In this document: piece by piece, positions 63,936 to 64,000 of the stretch
Layout: every line of letters begins with the position of its first letter
How positions within the stretch are numbered: position 1 is the first letter of the stretch
From: Dehalococcoidia bacterium
GTDB lineage: Bacteria; Chloroflexota; Dehalococcoidia; UBA6926
Assembly (NCBI GenBank): GCA_965207115.1
Contig: CBDBLR010000003.1
Coordinates: 224,563-288,562 of the forward strand
DNA length: 64,000 nucleotides
Direction of reading: 5' to 3'
Notes under the pieces: model-generated
What the model saw: the letters and a program-made list of their open reading frames with translations, nothing else
What the model was told of the DNA's origin: nothing
The model's database searches: none
Made by a program: the position numbers and the translations under genes

Positions 63936-64000
63936 GTCCGCAAGAATAAGGAACAGATGCAGAAGGTGTCAAAAGCGGAAAGGGGCGGCGCATTGCGCCG

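Overview
High-GC (over 60% on sampled lines) bacterial chromosomal segment, densely coding, with about 60 supportable genes. All calls rest on motif recognition in the supplied translations and on reading the DNA. No database search or structure prediction was run.

Core content:
- pantothenate operon (S58 peptidase, DUF2520, panD, panB)
- recA-rny-ymdB-PHP block with SOS boxes upstream of recA
- ffh, trmI, lipA, copA plus a YHS-domain gene, and amt
- nitrogen assimilation block (gltB, two glnA-type genes, and an atypical OmpR-family regulator)
- Fe(III)-type ABC importer
- tRNA-Gln(CTG), tRNA-Gly(CCC) and a stand-alone 5S rRNA gene

Paralogous acyl-CoA enzymes are frequent: two tandem-domain CaiB-type CoA-transferases, two acyl-CoA dehydrogenases and two enoyl-CoA hydratases. 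With the recA-rny-ymdB synteny and Pro/Thr-tethered lipoproteins, this suggests a marine Chloroflexota (SAR202-like) organism. That assignment is inference only.

Small lower-GC insertions look accessory:
1. A methyltransferase plus PLD-nuclease operon sits between the two CoA-transferase paralogs. The nuclease C-terminal half looks like a catalytically dead LAGLIDADG scaffold.
2. A two-gene membrane cassette at about 26.5-28.2 kb is bracketed by inverted copies of a short repeat. It encodes a tail-anchored coiled-coil protein and a protein combining a nuclease-like motif with a glycine zipper. I consider it the best candidate for an undescribed defence or abortive-infection-type system.
3. 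A small PD-(D/E)xK-like gene and a His-rich methyltransferase sit between the two acyl-CoA dehydrogenase paralogs.
4. Three type II toxin-antitoxin pairs are present: HicAB, Phd/VapC, and a VapBC45-like DUF433/DUF5615 pair.

Other observations:
- two conserved N-termini have no ATG/GTG/TTG start (likely ATT and CTG starts behind good Shine-Dalgarno sequences)
- a 5S gene is unlinked to any 23S gene
- a GTAAC-n6-GTAAC direct repeat lies upstream of glnA
- a short CCGTCATTC...GAATCC repeat family recurs in intergenic DNA

No CRISPR array, transposase or integrase was seen.
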